A stretch of DNA of 64,000 bases from an archaeon (GTDB lineage: Archaea; Aenigmatarchaeota; Aenigmatarchaeia; GW2011-AR5): contig JANQNA010000008.1 in NCBI GenBank assembly GCA_028279825.1, positions 35,173 through 99,172 on the forward strand. Reading direction: 5' to 3'. The notes under the pieces were generated by a model that saw only the letters and a program-made list of their open reading frames with translations, did not search any database and was not told the DNA's origin. Position numbers and translations under genes: made by a program. Positions 10,062-19,596 of the stretch are shown piece after piece. Every line of letters starts with the position of its first letter. The first letter of the stretch is position 1.

Positions 10062-10726
10062 CATTTGTCTCTATACTCACAGTTCCTGCACATCCATATC
10101 TTGTCGTGTTTTGCCCTTGACTCAGGATCAGGCAATGCATCCATTTTCAGGAGCTTGTGCAGAGCTTTGAAACGGTTTATCACCATCTCTGCTTCTTCAG
10201 GATTGTAATCTACCTTGAATACCTTGCTCTTCAGGTTCTTCTTGTCTATGTATAACAGCACACCGTCGTGTATGTTCATGATATGCATATAGAGCTGCAA
10301 CTGCATTGCGTTGTAGTCGGCTGGTTTGTTAACGAAATCAACACTGCCAGTTGACTTAACCTCCATGAGAATGTTTTTTCCGCTTGCCTTCACGAGTATA
10401 ATATTATCTACCCTGCCAGATATGACAAAATCATCGACCTCTTTCTTGAATGGTGCTTCCGCCGATACCAACATGATTTCAGGATTCTTGTCGCTGGACA
10501 AGATCTTGACGACAAGGTCGTGCATTATGTTGCCAACTTCGAATATCTTCAGTAAATCAGGCCCGACAGAACTTGGAAATTTGTAGGAATACCATACCTT
10601 TCTCATGCATGTGCCTATTTCCGAAGGATAGTATTTGCCTATTGTTTTCGGATAAGATTCCCTGCGCAAATAATTGTCAACCATCTCGTTAAAATCAATC
10701 ATAACAAATCTATGACTATAATTCAT
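10025..10726 (-). CDS. Cas4-like PD-(D/E)xK nuclease with Fe-S cysteines (RecB-family exonuclease domain)
   Basis: N-terminal Cys (PSEIGTC), DxxISGRVD...ILMEVK core, QLQLY motif and C-terminal CRNCEYRDKC triad: the four-Cys + PD-(D/E)xK architecture of Cas4/DUF83. Confidence 0.65.
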   Translation of the reverse strand: MNYSHRFVMIDFNEMVDNYLRRESYPKTIGKYYPSEIGTCMRKVWYSYKFPSSVGPDLLKIFEVGNIMHDLVVKILSSDKNPEIMLVSAEAPFKKEVDDFVISGRVDNIILVKASGKNILMEVKSTGSVDFVNKPADYNAMQLQLYMHIMNIHDGVLLYIDKKNLKSKVFKVDYNPEEAEMVINRFKALHKLLKMDALPDPESRAKHDKIWMCRNCEYRDKCYEETPSSARWL

Positions 10727-10754
10727 TTAAATCTGAGACAACACAAGTAAAATT

Positions 10755-11462
10755 ATGAAAAAGCCCCAGACAGAGCACTGGCACAGGAATTCTGACACGG
10801 GACGTAATCTCCGCGAGGTTATCCTTGGTGGCCAGGATGGGCTCGTAAATGTGCTGGGTATTATACTTGCTGTAGCGACGGCTGCACAGGATGTTAAGAT
10901 CGTTATAATTGCCGGACTGGCTGCTACATTTGCTGAAAGCATCAGCATGGCAGCTGTTGCTTATACTTCTACAAAGGCTGAACGAGATTTCTATAAGTCA
11001 GAAGAAGCCAGGGAAAAGTGGGAGATGAAGCACTGGCCGGACAGAGAAAGAAAAGAGATATACGATATCTACAAGGCCAAGGGATTCAAGGGTAATATTC
11101 TAAATCAGATAGTCAATAAAATAACCTCCAACAAGAGACTGTGGCTAAAGGTAATGATGGAGGAGGAACTAAGGCTCTTTGAAGACGAATACAGGAATCC
11201 CGGCCGTTCAGCCGTAATAGTTGGTGTTGCTGCCATAATAGGATCATTAGTACCGCTTATACCGTTCCTGTTCTTTGGTATAGAAGGAGCGATTATCGGT
11301 TCTGTTGTGCTTTCGCTAATAGTTTTGTTTGTATCAGGCATGATTAAGGGACACCTGACAACAGGCAAGCTCCTGCGGAGCGCGACGGAAATGGCGTTAA
11401 TTGGTATGGGTGCTGCTCTAATAGGATACGGTATCGGAGCTGTGCTGGGTGTAGCTATATAG
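10755..11462 (+). CDS. VIT1/CCC1-family iron/manganese transporter
   Basis: ILGGQDGLVNVLGIILAV... matches the VIT family N-terminal signature; C-terminal TM helices. Confidence 0.7.
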   Translation: MKKPQTEHWHRNSDTGRNLREVILGGQDGLVNVLGIILAVATAAQDVKIVIIAGLAATFAESISMAAVAYTSTKAERDFYKSEEAREKWEMKHWPDRERKEIYDIYKAKGFKGNILNQIVNKITSNKRLWLKVMMEEELRLFEDEYRNPGRSAVIVGVAAIIGSLVPLIPFLFFGIEGAIIGSVVLSLIVLFVSGMIKGHLTTGKLLRSATEMALIGMGAALIGYGIGAVLGVAI

Positions 11463-11473
11463 GATATGATCAA

Positions 11474-11890
11474 ATGATAAGTTTTCAAGTATTGAATATG
11501 GAACAATTTGCTGATAATTGGCTGTATCAGAAATATCTTACCGTACTGAACAAGTTTCTGGAAGAGAATCTGCCTTCTATAGATCATACTCATGTATTCC
11601 TTACCGGATCGTTTCTTACAGGAAAACTGAAAGAAACTTCTGACCTTGACTTGGATATAATCAGCCCGAACACAACCAGACAGGAGGTTGTAAAGGTGAT
11701 GATTGACGGAGTTGAGGTTGAGTATGCTACGTTCTCCTTCAAGATGATTGAAAACTGGCTTGATGGGAACGAATATAAAGAGAAGAAACTTCTTGCAAAG
11801 GCTGTTTCTAACTGGAGAATGATCGTGGGAAGGGAGTTTCCTCAGGAACTCGTGGATAAGGCAAAGAAAATCGTAGCTGCTGATTCTTAG
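11474..11890 (+). CDS. minimal nucleotidyltransferase (Pol-beta superfamily)
   Basis: hVFLTGSFLTGKLKETSDLDLDI = GS-x9-DxD nucleotidyltransferase motif. Confidence 0.6.
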   Translation: MISFQVLNMEQFADNWLYQKYLTVLNKFLEENLPSIDHTHVFLTGSFLTGKLKETSDLDLDIISPNTTRQEVVKVMIDGVEVEYATFSFKMIENWLDGNEYKEKKLLAKAVSNWRMIVGREFPQELVDKAKKIVAADS

Positions 11891-11925
11891 TTGCTATTTA
11901 AAAAGATTGGTATCATGGTGATTGT

Positions 11926-12159
11926 ATGATATACCAAATGAGAGTTGACCCGCGGCACTCGGTCAGTCCAAAATTAGCACGTAAGGGCGTTCTAAGGGAA
12001 TTGAATTCTGCTGGAAATCAGTCAAGACCTCTTGCAGACCACGCTACGATATTTCCATATCCCTTGCTTGAGACAACGGAGCCTTTGACAGAAGAACAGA
12101 TACATGACCTGTTTAACAGACGTTATGTAATTCTAACTAAGCTTGATGAAGCTGCTTAA
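11926..12159 (+). CDS. hypothetical protein
   Basis: 77 aa ORF downstream of NTase; no motif. Confidence 0.3.
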   Translation: MIYQMRVDPRHSVSPKLARKGVLRELNSAGNQSRPLADHATIFPYPLLETTEPLTEEQIHDLFNRRYVILTKLDEAA

Positions 12160-12584
12160 ACGTCCAGAACTACATGGCATGTCCACTTGTTGCCCTTTTT
12201 GGCTACGTTAAACAGGTGCCACGTAACTGCTTTTACATCAACCAGCATTTCATGTATGTCTGTATTGATTGTTTCGCCTTCAAGCTGGGCAAACAGCCGA
12301 TAAGTAGGATCTTTTTCAATATCCACCTTTATTTTTGAGAACAGCATCAGATCACGGTCTTTTAGAAATACTATCTCATGAAGAAAATCATGAAGAAGTT
12401 TCTCAAGATTGTCATTTTCCAGCTTTATTGTCCTCTTTTCTTCTGTTTTAAGATCTGCTAATTCTTTAATCATGGTGTTTGTAACAGCCAAGCCAGCTGA
12501 CTCAAACAGTTCATTAAGCGAAGCACCCTCTGCTTCGAAAGCTACGTCCGCCACCGTTACGCCTTCAATATATCTGTAACTCAT
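12156..12584 (-). CDS. archease (RtcB activator)
   Basis: MSYRYIEGVTVADVAFEAEGASLNELFESAGLAV... matches archease N-terminal signature. ORF track gives 12156..12617; start moved to the conserved Met. Confidence 0.8.
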   Translation of the reverse strand: MSYRYIEGVTVADVAFEAEGASLNELFESAGLAVTNTMIKELADLKTEEKRTIKLENDNLEKLLHDFLHEIVFLKDRDLMLFSKIKVDIEKDPTYRLFAQLEGETINTDIHEMLVDVKAVTWHLFNVAKKGNKWTCHVVLDV

Positions 12585-12588
12585 GATA

Positions 12589-13317
12589 TCACTTGGCAGT
12601 AGCCTTTTTACATACAAAGTAAAGCACTTCTGACCTGTTTGTCGGGCGATCCCTGTCAGGGTCAGATATGGCTAAGACTTTGAAATGCTTTTTCAGCATC
12701 CTCAAAATTTTTTCCCTGGGAAAACTTACTTCAAGTATATTTTCTTCATGCAATCTGTACAAGTTGTCTCTTTTGTGCTCAAATATCCTCATTTTTGAGA
12801 GAACTTTGTTCTTTCCCAGTTTTTGCATCTCCTCGAATATGAAACTTTTTCCTATCTTCTTTGAGTGCTGTTCAGAAAGACTCCACGGTTTGAAGATGTT
12901 CTCCAGCACGTAAACATCGAAAATGAACAAACCGTTTTTGTTTAGATGTTCATCAGCTTTTTTAAAAACTTTTTTCCAATCACTTGCTTTGTGTAAATGG
13001 TTTATAGAATCAAATATGCAGAGAACGACATCGAATTTTTTATCCAGAGCGAAGCTCCTCATATCAGCCTGGAAAAAGTTTCCTTTCCTGACTTTCTTTT
13101 TTGCGATTTCAACCATTTCCTTTGACTGATCCAGTCCCCATACTTCATATTTTTTTGCCAGGGGTTTTACTATTTCACCTGTGCCACAGGCTAACTCCAG
13201 TATGGAATTTGCCTCTGGGTTATGTTTTCTGATCCATTTTCGTATATCAACAATCTTGTCTTTCGGATCATCCATCAGCTTATCGTAGTATTCAGCCATT
13301 TTGATATAGTTTTTCAC
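12589..13317 (-). CDS. class I SAM-dependent methyltransferase
   Basis: Motif I ILELACGTGEI, post-I D-loop and motif II/III spacing typical of Rossmann MTases. Confidence 0.8.
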   Translation of the reverse strand: MKNYIKMAEYYDKLMDDPKDKIVDIRKWIRKHNPEANSILELACGTGEIVKPLAKKYEVWGLDQSKEMVEIAKKKVRKGNFFQADMRSFALDKKFDVVLCIFDSINHLHKASDWKKVFKKADEHLNKNGLFIFDVYVLENIFKPWSLSEQHSKKIGKSFIFEEMQKLGKNKVLSKMRIFEHKRDNLYRLHEENILEVSFPREKILRMLKKHFKVLAISDPDRDRPTNRSEVLYFVCKKATAK

Positions 13318-13368
13318 AAATAAGATTTGTGCTCCATCCTTTTTAATTCTTCCTACTAAGTATTTTGG

Positions 13369-13980
13369 ATGATAACAACAATTATTTTTGATCTCGGTGA
13401 CGTGTACATAAAAGGAGCTTTTGGTGTTGAATACCGAATAGCGGAAATTACTGGTTTGAAACCGGATGCCATACTCAAATCATTGACTAGCACATTTTGG
13501 ACCCCCAATAACAAACAATTCTTGTATGGCAATATGAAAGAAGATGATTATTTGTCATGGCTGATTGAAGAGTTTGGGTGGAATATTAGCATTGAACAAT
13601 TGAAATCGGTCATACGTGAAAATTTTCAGGAAATTGAAGGAATGCGAGAAATAATAGAAAAGTTAAAGGAAAGGGGTTACAAACTAGGATTGTTGTCAGA
13701 TCATTCCAGGGAGTGGATAGACTACATCGAAGACAAATATAAGCATCACAAATTGTTTGATGTTATCCAGTATTCATTTGATGTAGGAACAGTAAAGGCT
13801 GAAAGGAAGATGTTTGAGTCGATACTTGAGAAATTGAAAGAAAGGCCGGAAAATTGCTTGTTTATTGATGACTTTGAAAAAAATACCGATGTTGCCAAGT
13901 CTCTTGGCTTAAGAACAATAGTTTTCAAGAACCCTGAACAACTTAGGGGAGAATTAAAGAACATGAAAATAGAAGTTTAG
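13369..13980 (+). CDS. HAD-superfamily hydrolase
   Basis: N-terminal IIFDLGDV (DxGxV nucleophile motif), motif II SD, motif IV FIDD. Confidence 0.75.
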   Translation: MITTIIFDLGDVYIKGAFGVEYRIAEITGLKPDAILKSLTSTFWTPNNKQFLYGNMKEDDYLSWLIEEFGWNISIEQLKSVIRENFQEIEGMREIIEKLKERGYKLGLLSDHSREWIDYIEDKYKHHKLFDVIQYSFDVGTVKAERKMFESILEKLKERPENCLFIDDFEKNTDVAKSLGLRTIVFKNPEQLRGELKNMKIEV

Positions 13981-14026
13981 ATCTTTATCTGTTATTTGGT
14001 TTTTTATACTTTTTTCTTATATTGAG

Positions 14027-14404
14027 ATGATGCATTATAGGGGTGAAGTTCTTGCCAGGGCCCTGATGAAGAGAGGGATAGACGAGGCTCCTGCAAGAAA
14101 AGCTGGAAGAGTACTGGCATACTATGAGACATCTCACGGAGATGAGAGATTTCCTTTGACCCAAAGGATAAGCTATATTTGGAGGGGCATGATAGCGTAT
14201 GGGGTAGAGCCCTATTTGGACGAATTAGAATGTTCGACACCAGTATTTGAGGATCCCAAAATGACCGACATATATCGTGCTTTGGATAGTATTGAAATTG
14301 GTGTTGCGGTAGGTGTTGAGATGGGGTTGCTAAATGTTTGTGAACATACCAAGTACGCTCTTTCCGCTAAAGGGACAGAGTTTTTTTCTTCTCTTTCAGT
14401 ATGA
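14027..14404 (+). CDS. hypothetical protein
   Basis: 125 aa ORF; no motif recognised. Confidence 0.35.
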   Translation: MMHYRGEVLARALMKRGIDEAPARKAGRVLAYYETSHGDERFPLTQRISYIWRGMIAYGVEPYLDELECSTPVFEDPKMTDIYRALDSIEIGVAVGVEMGLLNVCEHTKYALSAKGTEFFSSLSV

Positions 14405-14630
14405 TATCGTGTCTAGCAACAGCAACCTCCACGACATTTGCAAAGACGTATTTTCTGTCAACTGAACTTCCATCAAGAGGGCTTATGCTGCCATCAATAT
14501 AAGCTTGAATCAGACTTTCTTCAAGTTGTTTAGCACTACCGTCATATGTAAGGTGTTCAGAAAGTCGCTGATCATGTCTTCCGGGTACTCCTCTTGATCC
14601 CCATTCAGCATGGAAAAGTCTTTCTGCCAT
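14367..14630 (-). CDS. hypothetical protein
   Basis: 87 aa ORF convergent and overlapping previous ORF by 38 nt; one of the two may be spurious. Confidence 0.25.
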   Translation of the reverse strand: MAERLFHAEWGSRGVPGRHDQRLSEHLTYDGSAKQLEESLIQAYIDGSISPLDGSSVDRKYVFANVVEVAVARHDIILKEKKKTLSL

Positions 14631-14666
14631 GCGATTTCTATTTCAGAAAAGCATAAAAAGGATGTG

Positions 14667-16097
14667 CTAACCTTTCACGTTGCCTATGGGCGTGAACTTC
14701 ACGACTTTTTTGGATATGCCTGCTCGAGAAACAGATTCAATAACCTGGTCAACGTCTTTGTACGCTCCGCCTGCTTCTTCTGCCAGGCCTGAAAAGCTTC
14801 CCGTTTTTATGTAAATGCCACGTTTCTCCAGCTCTTTTTGAAGCTTGTCACCGCGGAACTGGCGCCTGGCTTGTGTACGACTCATTGTGCGGCCGGAACC
14901 ATGACACGTAGAACCGAATGTTTCTTTGCCCTTTTCCGTGCCAACTAGCAAGTATGAACCTGTTTCCATTGAACCGCCAATGATAACAGGCTGGCCTACA
15001 TCACGGTACTTTTCCGGAATCTCCGGATGCCCGGGCCCAAATGCCCGCGTTGCACCTTTACGATGCACGAGAACTTCGTGTTCTTTTCCGTCAATATCAT
15101 ACTTCTCGACCTTTGCCGTGTTATGGGTAACGTCATATATGCAACGCATGTCCATATCTTTGGCAGATTTTCCAAATACTTTGGAGAATACTTCACGGAT
15201 CCTGTGATTAATGACCTGGCGATTTGCAAAAGCCATGTTCATTGCGCCCTTCATGGCCTTGAAATAATCCTGGCCTTCTTTGCTCTGGAACGGTGCACAT
15301 GCGAGCTCACGATCCAGTATCTTGATTTTGTATTTTTTCTCCATGACTTCTAAAAACAGGTTCAGATACTCGGAAGCTATCTGGTGACCGAAGCCGCGAG
15401 ACCCGCAGTGGAACATGATGACAACCTGGTTTTCTTTCAGGCCTAATTTTTCTGCAACTTCCTTGTCGAATATATGACCCGGTTTGATTGTTTGTATTTC
15501 CAAATAATGATTACCAGAACCAAGAGTTCCTATCTGATTAAAACCACGATCTATTGCTTTCTTGCTGATGGTACTTGAATCTGTAGCCATACAGCCGTTC
15601 TCTTCTGTATTTTCCAAATCTTCTTCCCATCCATAGCCTTTTTCAACGGCCCACTTGGCACCTTTTTCTATGACTTCCAGAAATTCCTGTTTGTCTATCC
15701 TGACAAAGCCTTTTGTACCTACGCCCGATGGGACGCTCTTGAATAGCTCGTCGACAAGCTGTTTTAATTTTGGACGGACTTCATCTATTGTCAAGTTAGT
15801 TGCAACGAGTCTCATGCCACAGTTAATATCAAATCCTATACCACCAGGAGAAATTACACCGTCTTTGGTGTCCATGGCAGCTACCCCGCCTATTGGAAAG
15901 CCATAGCCTGAGTGTCCATCGGGCATACAGAATGAATAATTTACTATGCCCGGAAGCGTAGCTACGTTTGCGGCCTGGTCGAAGACGCGCTCATCCATCT
16001 TTTTGACTATGCCTTCCAGACCTATAATCTTCACAGGTACTTTCATACTCTCTTTTTTGGGTATTATCCATTCCGTATCGCTTTTTTTCTCTAACAT
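14667..16097 (-). CDS. rtcB: RNA-splicing ligase RtcB
   Basis: 476 aa; metal-binding and catalytic blocks FCMPDGHSGYGFPIGGVAA, NHAGAGR-like GSGNHYLE, and conserved His/Cys residues throughout. Confidence 0.92.
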   Translation of the reverse strand: MLEKKSDTEWIIPKKESMKVPVKIIGLEGIVKKMDERVFDQAANVATLPGIVNYSFCMPDGHSGYGFPIGGVAAMDTKDGVISPGGIGFDINCGMRLVATNLTIDEVRPKLKQLVDELFKSVPSGVGTKGFVRIDKQEFLEVIEKGAKWAVEKGYGWEEDLENTEENGCMATDSSTISKKAIDRGFNQIGTLGSGNHYLEIQTIKPGHIFDKEVAEKLGLKENQVVIMFHCGSRGFGHQIASEYLNLFLEVMEKKYKIKILDRELACAPFQSKEGQDYFKAMKGAMNMAFANRQVINHRIREVFSKVFGKSAKDMDMRCIYDVTHNTAKVEKYDIDGKEHEVLVHRKGATRAFGPGHPEIPEKYRDVGQPVIIGGSMETGSYLLVGTEKGKETFGSTCHGSGRTMSRTQARRQFRGDKLQKELEKRGIYIKTGSFSGLAEEAGGAYKDVDQVIESVSRAGISKKVVKFTPIGNVKG

Positions 16098-16221
16098 GTA
16101 AGTTCACCTATTATGTGCTAGAATCAGCACACATGCTTTTTACCATCGGAAATATTGACTCTTACTTCCGTTCTGGCAAGCATGTATGTAACATGACTAC
16201 TTGATATATACGCTTAAAAGC

Positions 16222-16800
16222 TTATTTCATGGCTTTTTTTATCCTGTGTAATGCTGTTATGTTTGTAAGAACTGCCAACAGTGCAATAACGTGTGTCAGG
16301 AATAATGGATCAAAATAAGTAAACAGAATACCCAAAAACAGCACAATTACCCTGTCCGGACGACCAAGTCCCCCTGATGTGTTTTGCACTCGCTTCTCGG
16401 CAGCCGCTGCTTTAGCATATGTGGTCATCATTGAGCCAAATAGATATAATCCAGCCCAGAAAAATGACGGAAAGTAGAAGGATGGTAAAACAACAAGCAT
16501 AAGGGCCAGAATTACTATGGCTTCGCTATAACGATCAACAATTGTATCGATATATGCACCCTTATTGGTGGCTTCTTTTCTGTATCTTGCCACGGCACCG
16601 TCAATTGCATCAAAGAATGAAGCAATCAGGAACAGAACAGCAGCTATAATGAACTGTCCGGTGATCAGAAAATATGCCGTAGCCAGAGAGAAGAGCAAAC
16701 CTAAACCTGTATAGGTGTTGGCACTCATAAATCCAAAGGTCTTCCCGATCTTCTGCGAAGATCCTTTCAATTTTTTCCTGCTCTTGTAAAGAGTCATCAT
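16222..16800 (-). CDS. CDP-alcohol phosphatidyltransferase
   Basis: DAIDGAVARYRKEATNKGAYIDTIVDRYSE = D-G-x2-A-R-x8-G-x3-D-x3-D signature; 6 TM helices. Confidence 0.8.
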   Translation of the reverse strand: MMTLYKSRKKLKGSSQKIGKTFGFMSANTYTGLGLLFSLATAYFLITGQFIIAAVLFLIASFFDAIDGAVARYRKEATNKGAYIDTIVDRYSEAIVILALMLVVLPSFYFPSFFWAGLYLFGSMMTTYAKAAAAEKRVQNTSGGLGRPDRVIVLFLGILFTYFDPLFLTHVIALLAVLTNITALHRIKKAMK

Positions 16801-16872
16801 TTAGCCTTCTTTTTGTACTTCCTCTGGAAGCCTTTCTTGTAGGACTTGTACCTTTTTTTGTTTCTCTCAAAA

Positions 16873-17589
16873 TTACTCGGATCCGCCATCTGTAGAAATT
16901 GGTTGCGCAGGTTTAAAAACCTCTGGATAGAGCTCTCTATACGCCCTATCTGCAAGGTCCATTACTTCATCAAAGTCCTTGCCTCTGTGCCTTAGTCTCA
17001 ATACTTCACGTATAACACTTTGCTTTGCCTCACGGGAACCACGCCTGCCTGTTATGTAAGCTACACTTTCGTCATCAAAGAAACCAGCGCCTTCCAAGTG
17101 TTTTACATCATGTTTTGTTGCCATGCCTATGACGTCGCGCGCTGTCAAAACTTGCCCATTTCGTGAAAATATGCCACCAAAATACTTGTAGTATGCAAAA
17201 CTATCAAACAATCTGATATCTTCTTCAGACATTCTAGGATTGAGAGCATGAAGGAACTCGTGAATTATTGTATGTTCCACGGACCTGTTGCCGTAATAAT
17301 CATCAATATGTATACGACTTGTTGGCGGCCAGTAAATAAGACCTGCACATCTTTCCTTATGTTTTTTGCCTTTCGTATCCTCTTTTTCAAGATAAAGAGG
17401 TCCGCCATGTTCTACATCGTAAACAGACAGGACATCGACAAAGTCACGTGCCGTCGGGTAATCCGCTATTCCATGCTTCCTGGTTATTTCTGGTGGTACT
17501 TTAACTGCACAGCCTGTTAATCCCGGCGTGATGATTAAGCCTGACAATAAAGCGGCTGAAACGGTATTCCTCAAGATCCCTCTTTTCAT
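16873..17589 (-). CDS. putative secreted/lipoprotein zinc metallopeptidase (HExxH)
   Basis: Signal peptide with lipobox-like LTGC, and HTIIHEFLHAL zinc-binding HExxH motif. Confidence 0.5.
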   Translation of the reverse strand: MKRGILRNTVSAALLSGLIITPGLTGCAVKVPPEITRKHGIADYPTARDFVDVLSVYDVEHGGPLYLEKEDTKGKKHKERCAGLIYWPPTSRIHIDDYYGNRSVEHTIIHEFLHALNPRMSEEDIRLFDSFAYYKYFGGIFSRNGQVLTARDVIGMATKHDVKHLEGAGFFDDESVAYITGRRGSREAKQSVIREVLRLRHRGKDFDEVMDLADRAYRELYPEVFKPAQPISTDGGSE

Positions 17590-17639
17590 TGTCTTAGAAT
17601 GAGGGAAATGTTTAAAAATAGAAAAAATATGTGAAAAGC

Positions 17640-18152
17640 TTAAGCTTTTCCAAGTGTTTTTTCGCCTGGTTTCCAGTTAATCGGACAGAGTTCACCGGAC
17701 TGCAATGCTTTCAAAGTTCGCAGGGTCTCTTCAACATTGCGCCCTACGGACAAATCAGACATTACGATATATCTTACAACACCTTCCGGGTCTATAATGA
17801 AGGTACCCCTGTAAGCTATGCCCTGGTCTTCTTTTAGAACATTGAACATTCTGCTTATATTGTGTGTTGTATCTGCAATCACAGGAAACTTAACTTCCGG
17901 AAGATCTCTTTCGAACCATGCCTTGTGGCTAAAAGCACTATCGGTACTTGCACCAATGACAACAGCATTGCTCTTTTTGAATTCTTCTTCGTGTTTTGCG
18001 AAATCTCTTATTTCTGTAGGACACACAAACGTGAAATCCAACGGATAGAAGAACAAGACAGTCCATTTACCTCGCGGCAGGCTTATCTTCTTCATTTCAC
18101 CGTTCACATATGCTTCCTCCGTAAAATCAGGTACTTTTTCACCTATTTTCAT
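17640..18152 (-). CDS. peroxiredoxin (AhpC/TSA family)
   Basis: Peroxidatic Cys motif FTFVCPTEI and resolving Cys near C-terminus (GELCPINW). Confidence 0.9.
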   Translation of the reverse strand: MKIGEKVPDFTEEAYVNGEMKKISLPRGKWTVLFFYPLDFTFVCPTEIRDFAKHEEEFKKSNAVVIGASTDSAFSHKAWFERDLPEVKFPVIADTTHNISRMFNVLKEDQGIAYRGTFIIDPEGVVRYIVMSDLSVGRNVEETLRTLKALQSGELCPINWKPGEKTLGKA

Positions 18153-18249
18153 GTTATCAACTCCCTAATAGATGTTCATACTATGATCTTTATTTTCTTA
18201 AGTCTTATTTTAACAGTTAAAATTTTGATTTAACTGCTTTGATGTAATT

Positions 18250-19110
18250 GTGAATTTTATCAATCAAGTTCTTAAATTTGAGAAACAATATATTAATAGA
18301 GTTATGTTGTTTGATAAACCACAGGATATAGAAGCCTATAAGATTTGGCTACAAAAATACCACGGGGAAGATGTAGAAAAAATAAGAAAATGGTTTGAGT
18401 TGGTTTCGAAAGATATTAAAGACAAATTTGAAAATTCTAGTTTTTGGACAGAATTGTTGGAAAAAAATCGCACATATTCTTATGATTATAAGAAAGATAC
18501 AGGTTGTGATCTTTTGATTTCAAGTTCAAATCCCACTGTATCAACAAAAGATTTTGACTCCTTACTTGATAAGAGTTTGAGACTTAATATTTTAAATAAT
18601 AAAAATTGGCCTGAGCCGCCCGACGATGGCTGGTTTCTCCCCAATAACTGGTTTTCAAGAATTGGAGACATTATTAGAACTAGAATCATTGTTAAATATT
18701 TAGATGGTGTTGAGTTTCTTATACCCAGAATAGAAACCCTTGCAAGAGAAAACAAGATTGTCTTTGAAAATCCAATTTTTAAATCAGACGAAGCAGGCTA
18801 CTATGCTGTGCACTTATATGTATGTGACACCTTTGAGGTTTATGGAATAGATTTTGATACTGAAAAAATGAAAATTAAGATAGAAATTCAATTGACAACA
18901 CAGCTGCAGGAAATTATATTAAAATTATTGCATAAGTATTATGAAGCTAGAAGAAAAAAAACTAAGAATAATGAGGAAATTCCATGGCAATGGAATTATA
19001 AAAATAACGAGTTCGCTACGAACTATCTTGGTCATATACTTCATTATATTGAGGGTATGATTGTTGATATTAGGCAGAAACAGGAGAGTGATTCAAATGG
19101 AGCAATTTGA
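18250..19110 (+). CDS. RelA/SpoT-like nucleotidyltransferase domain protein (candidate alarmone synthetase/toxSAS-like)
   Basis: C-terminal half carries the RSH synthetase hallmark blocks: SRIGDIIRTRIIVKYLDGV (cf. DIxGIRIIv), DEAGYYAVHLYV (cf. GYrSlHvvv), IKIEIQLTTQLQE (cf. vEIQIRTxxqhxWAE). Gene lies in a ~28% GC island. Confidence 0.55.
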   Translation: MNFINQVLKFEKQYINRVMLFDKPQDIEAYKIWLQKYHGEDVEKIRKWFELVSKDIKDKFENSSFWTELLEKNRTYSYDYKKDTGCDLLISSSNPTVSTKDFDSLLDKSLRLNILNNKNWPEPPDDGWFLPNNWFSRIGDIIRTRIIVKYLDGVEFLIPRIETLARENKIVFENPIFKSDEAGYYAVHLYVCDTFEVYGIDFDTEKMKIKIEIQLTTQLQEIILKLLHKYYEARRKKTKNNEEIPWQWNYKNNEFATNYLGHILHYIEGMIVDIRQKQESDSNGAI

Positions 19111-19531
19111 AAGATATTTCAACGTCTTAGGTATTGATGCAACAAAAAGAATGCGGATACGTGTGATATTTGATTTTTATAAGAGTATCTCCGAGGATGA
19201 GATTATTGATATTTTTATCAATACTAGGATCAACAAAGATTCTGAAACGGTATTTGATAGTTTGTTCTTTTTTACGGAAAAATCTGTTATGGAGGCAAAA
19301 TCCTTTTTGACAAAAGACCAATTTGATTTGGATTTTTTAAAAGAGCGTGTTGCCTATTGGGAAATAACAAAGGAAAATTATGACTTTGAAAATGCAACAG
19401 CAGACTCTCGCTTGAGTATCTTTGCCAAATTGAAAAGGCCTTCTGTTTTGAATTTAACGGCAGAAGGAAACAACTGTGATGAATTAAGAAGGATATTCAA
19501 GAAGTTCATTGTCGCTAATCAAAATATTTAA
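19097..19531 (+). CDS. hypothetical protein, overlapping partner of RelA/SpoT-like gene (candidate antitoxin/immunity)
   Basis: Start MEQFERYF preceded by GGAGAGTGA SD and overlapping upstream gene end by 14 nt; same AT-rich composition. Confidence 0.4.
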   Translation: MEQFERYFNVLGIDATKRMRIRVIFDFYKSISEDEIIDIFINTRINKDSETVFDSLFFFTEKSVMEAKSFLTKDQFDLDFLKERVAYWEITKENYDFENATADSRLSIFAKLKRPSVLNLTAEGNNCDELRRIFKKFIVANQNI

Positions 19532-19596
19532 TTTATAAATATGTTTGAAATATGGTTTAAATCCTGCTAATAAAGATTGATGTTCAATAATGATAT

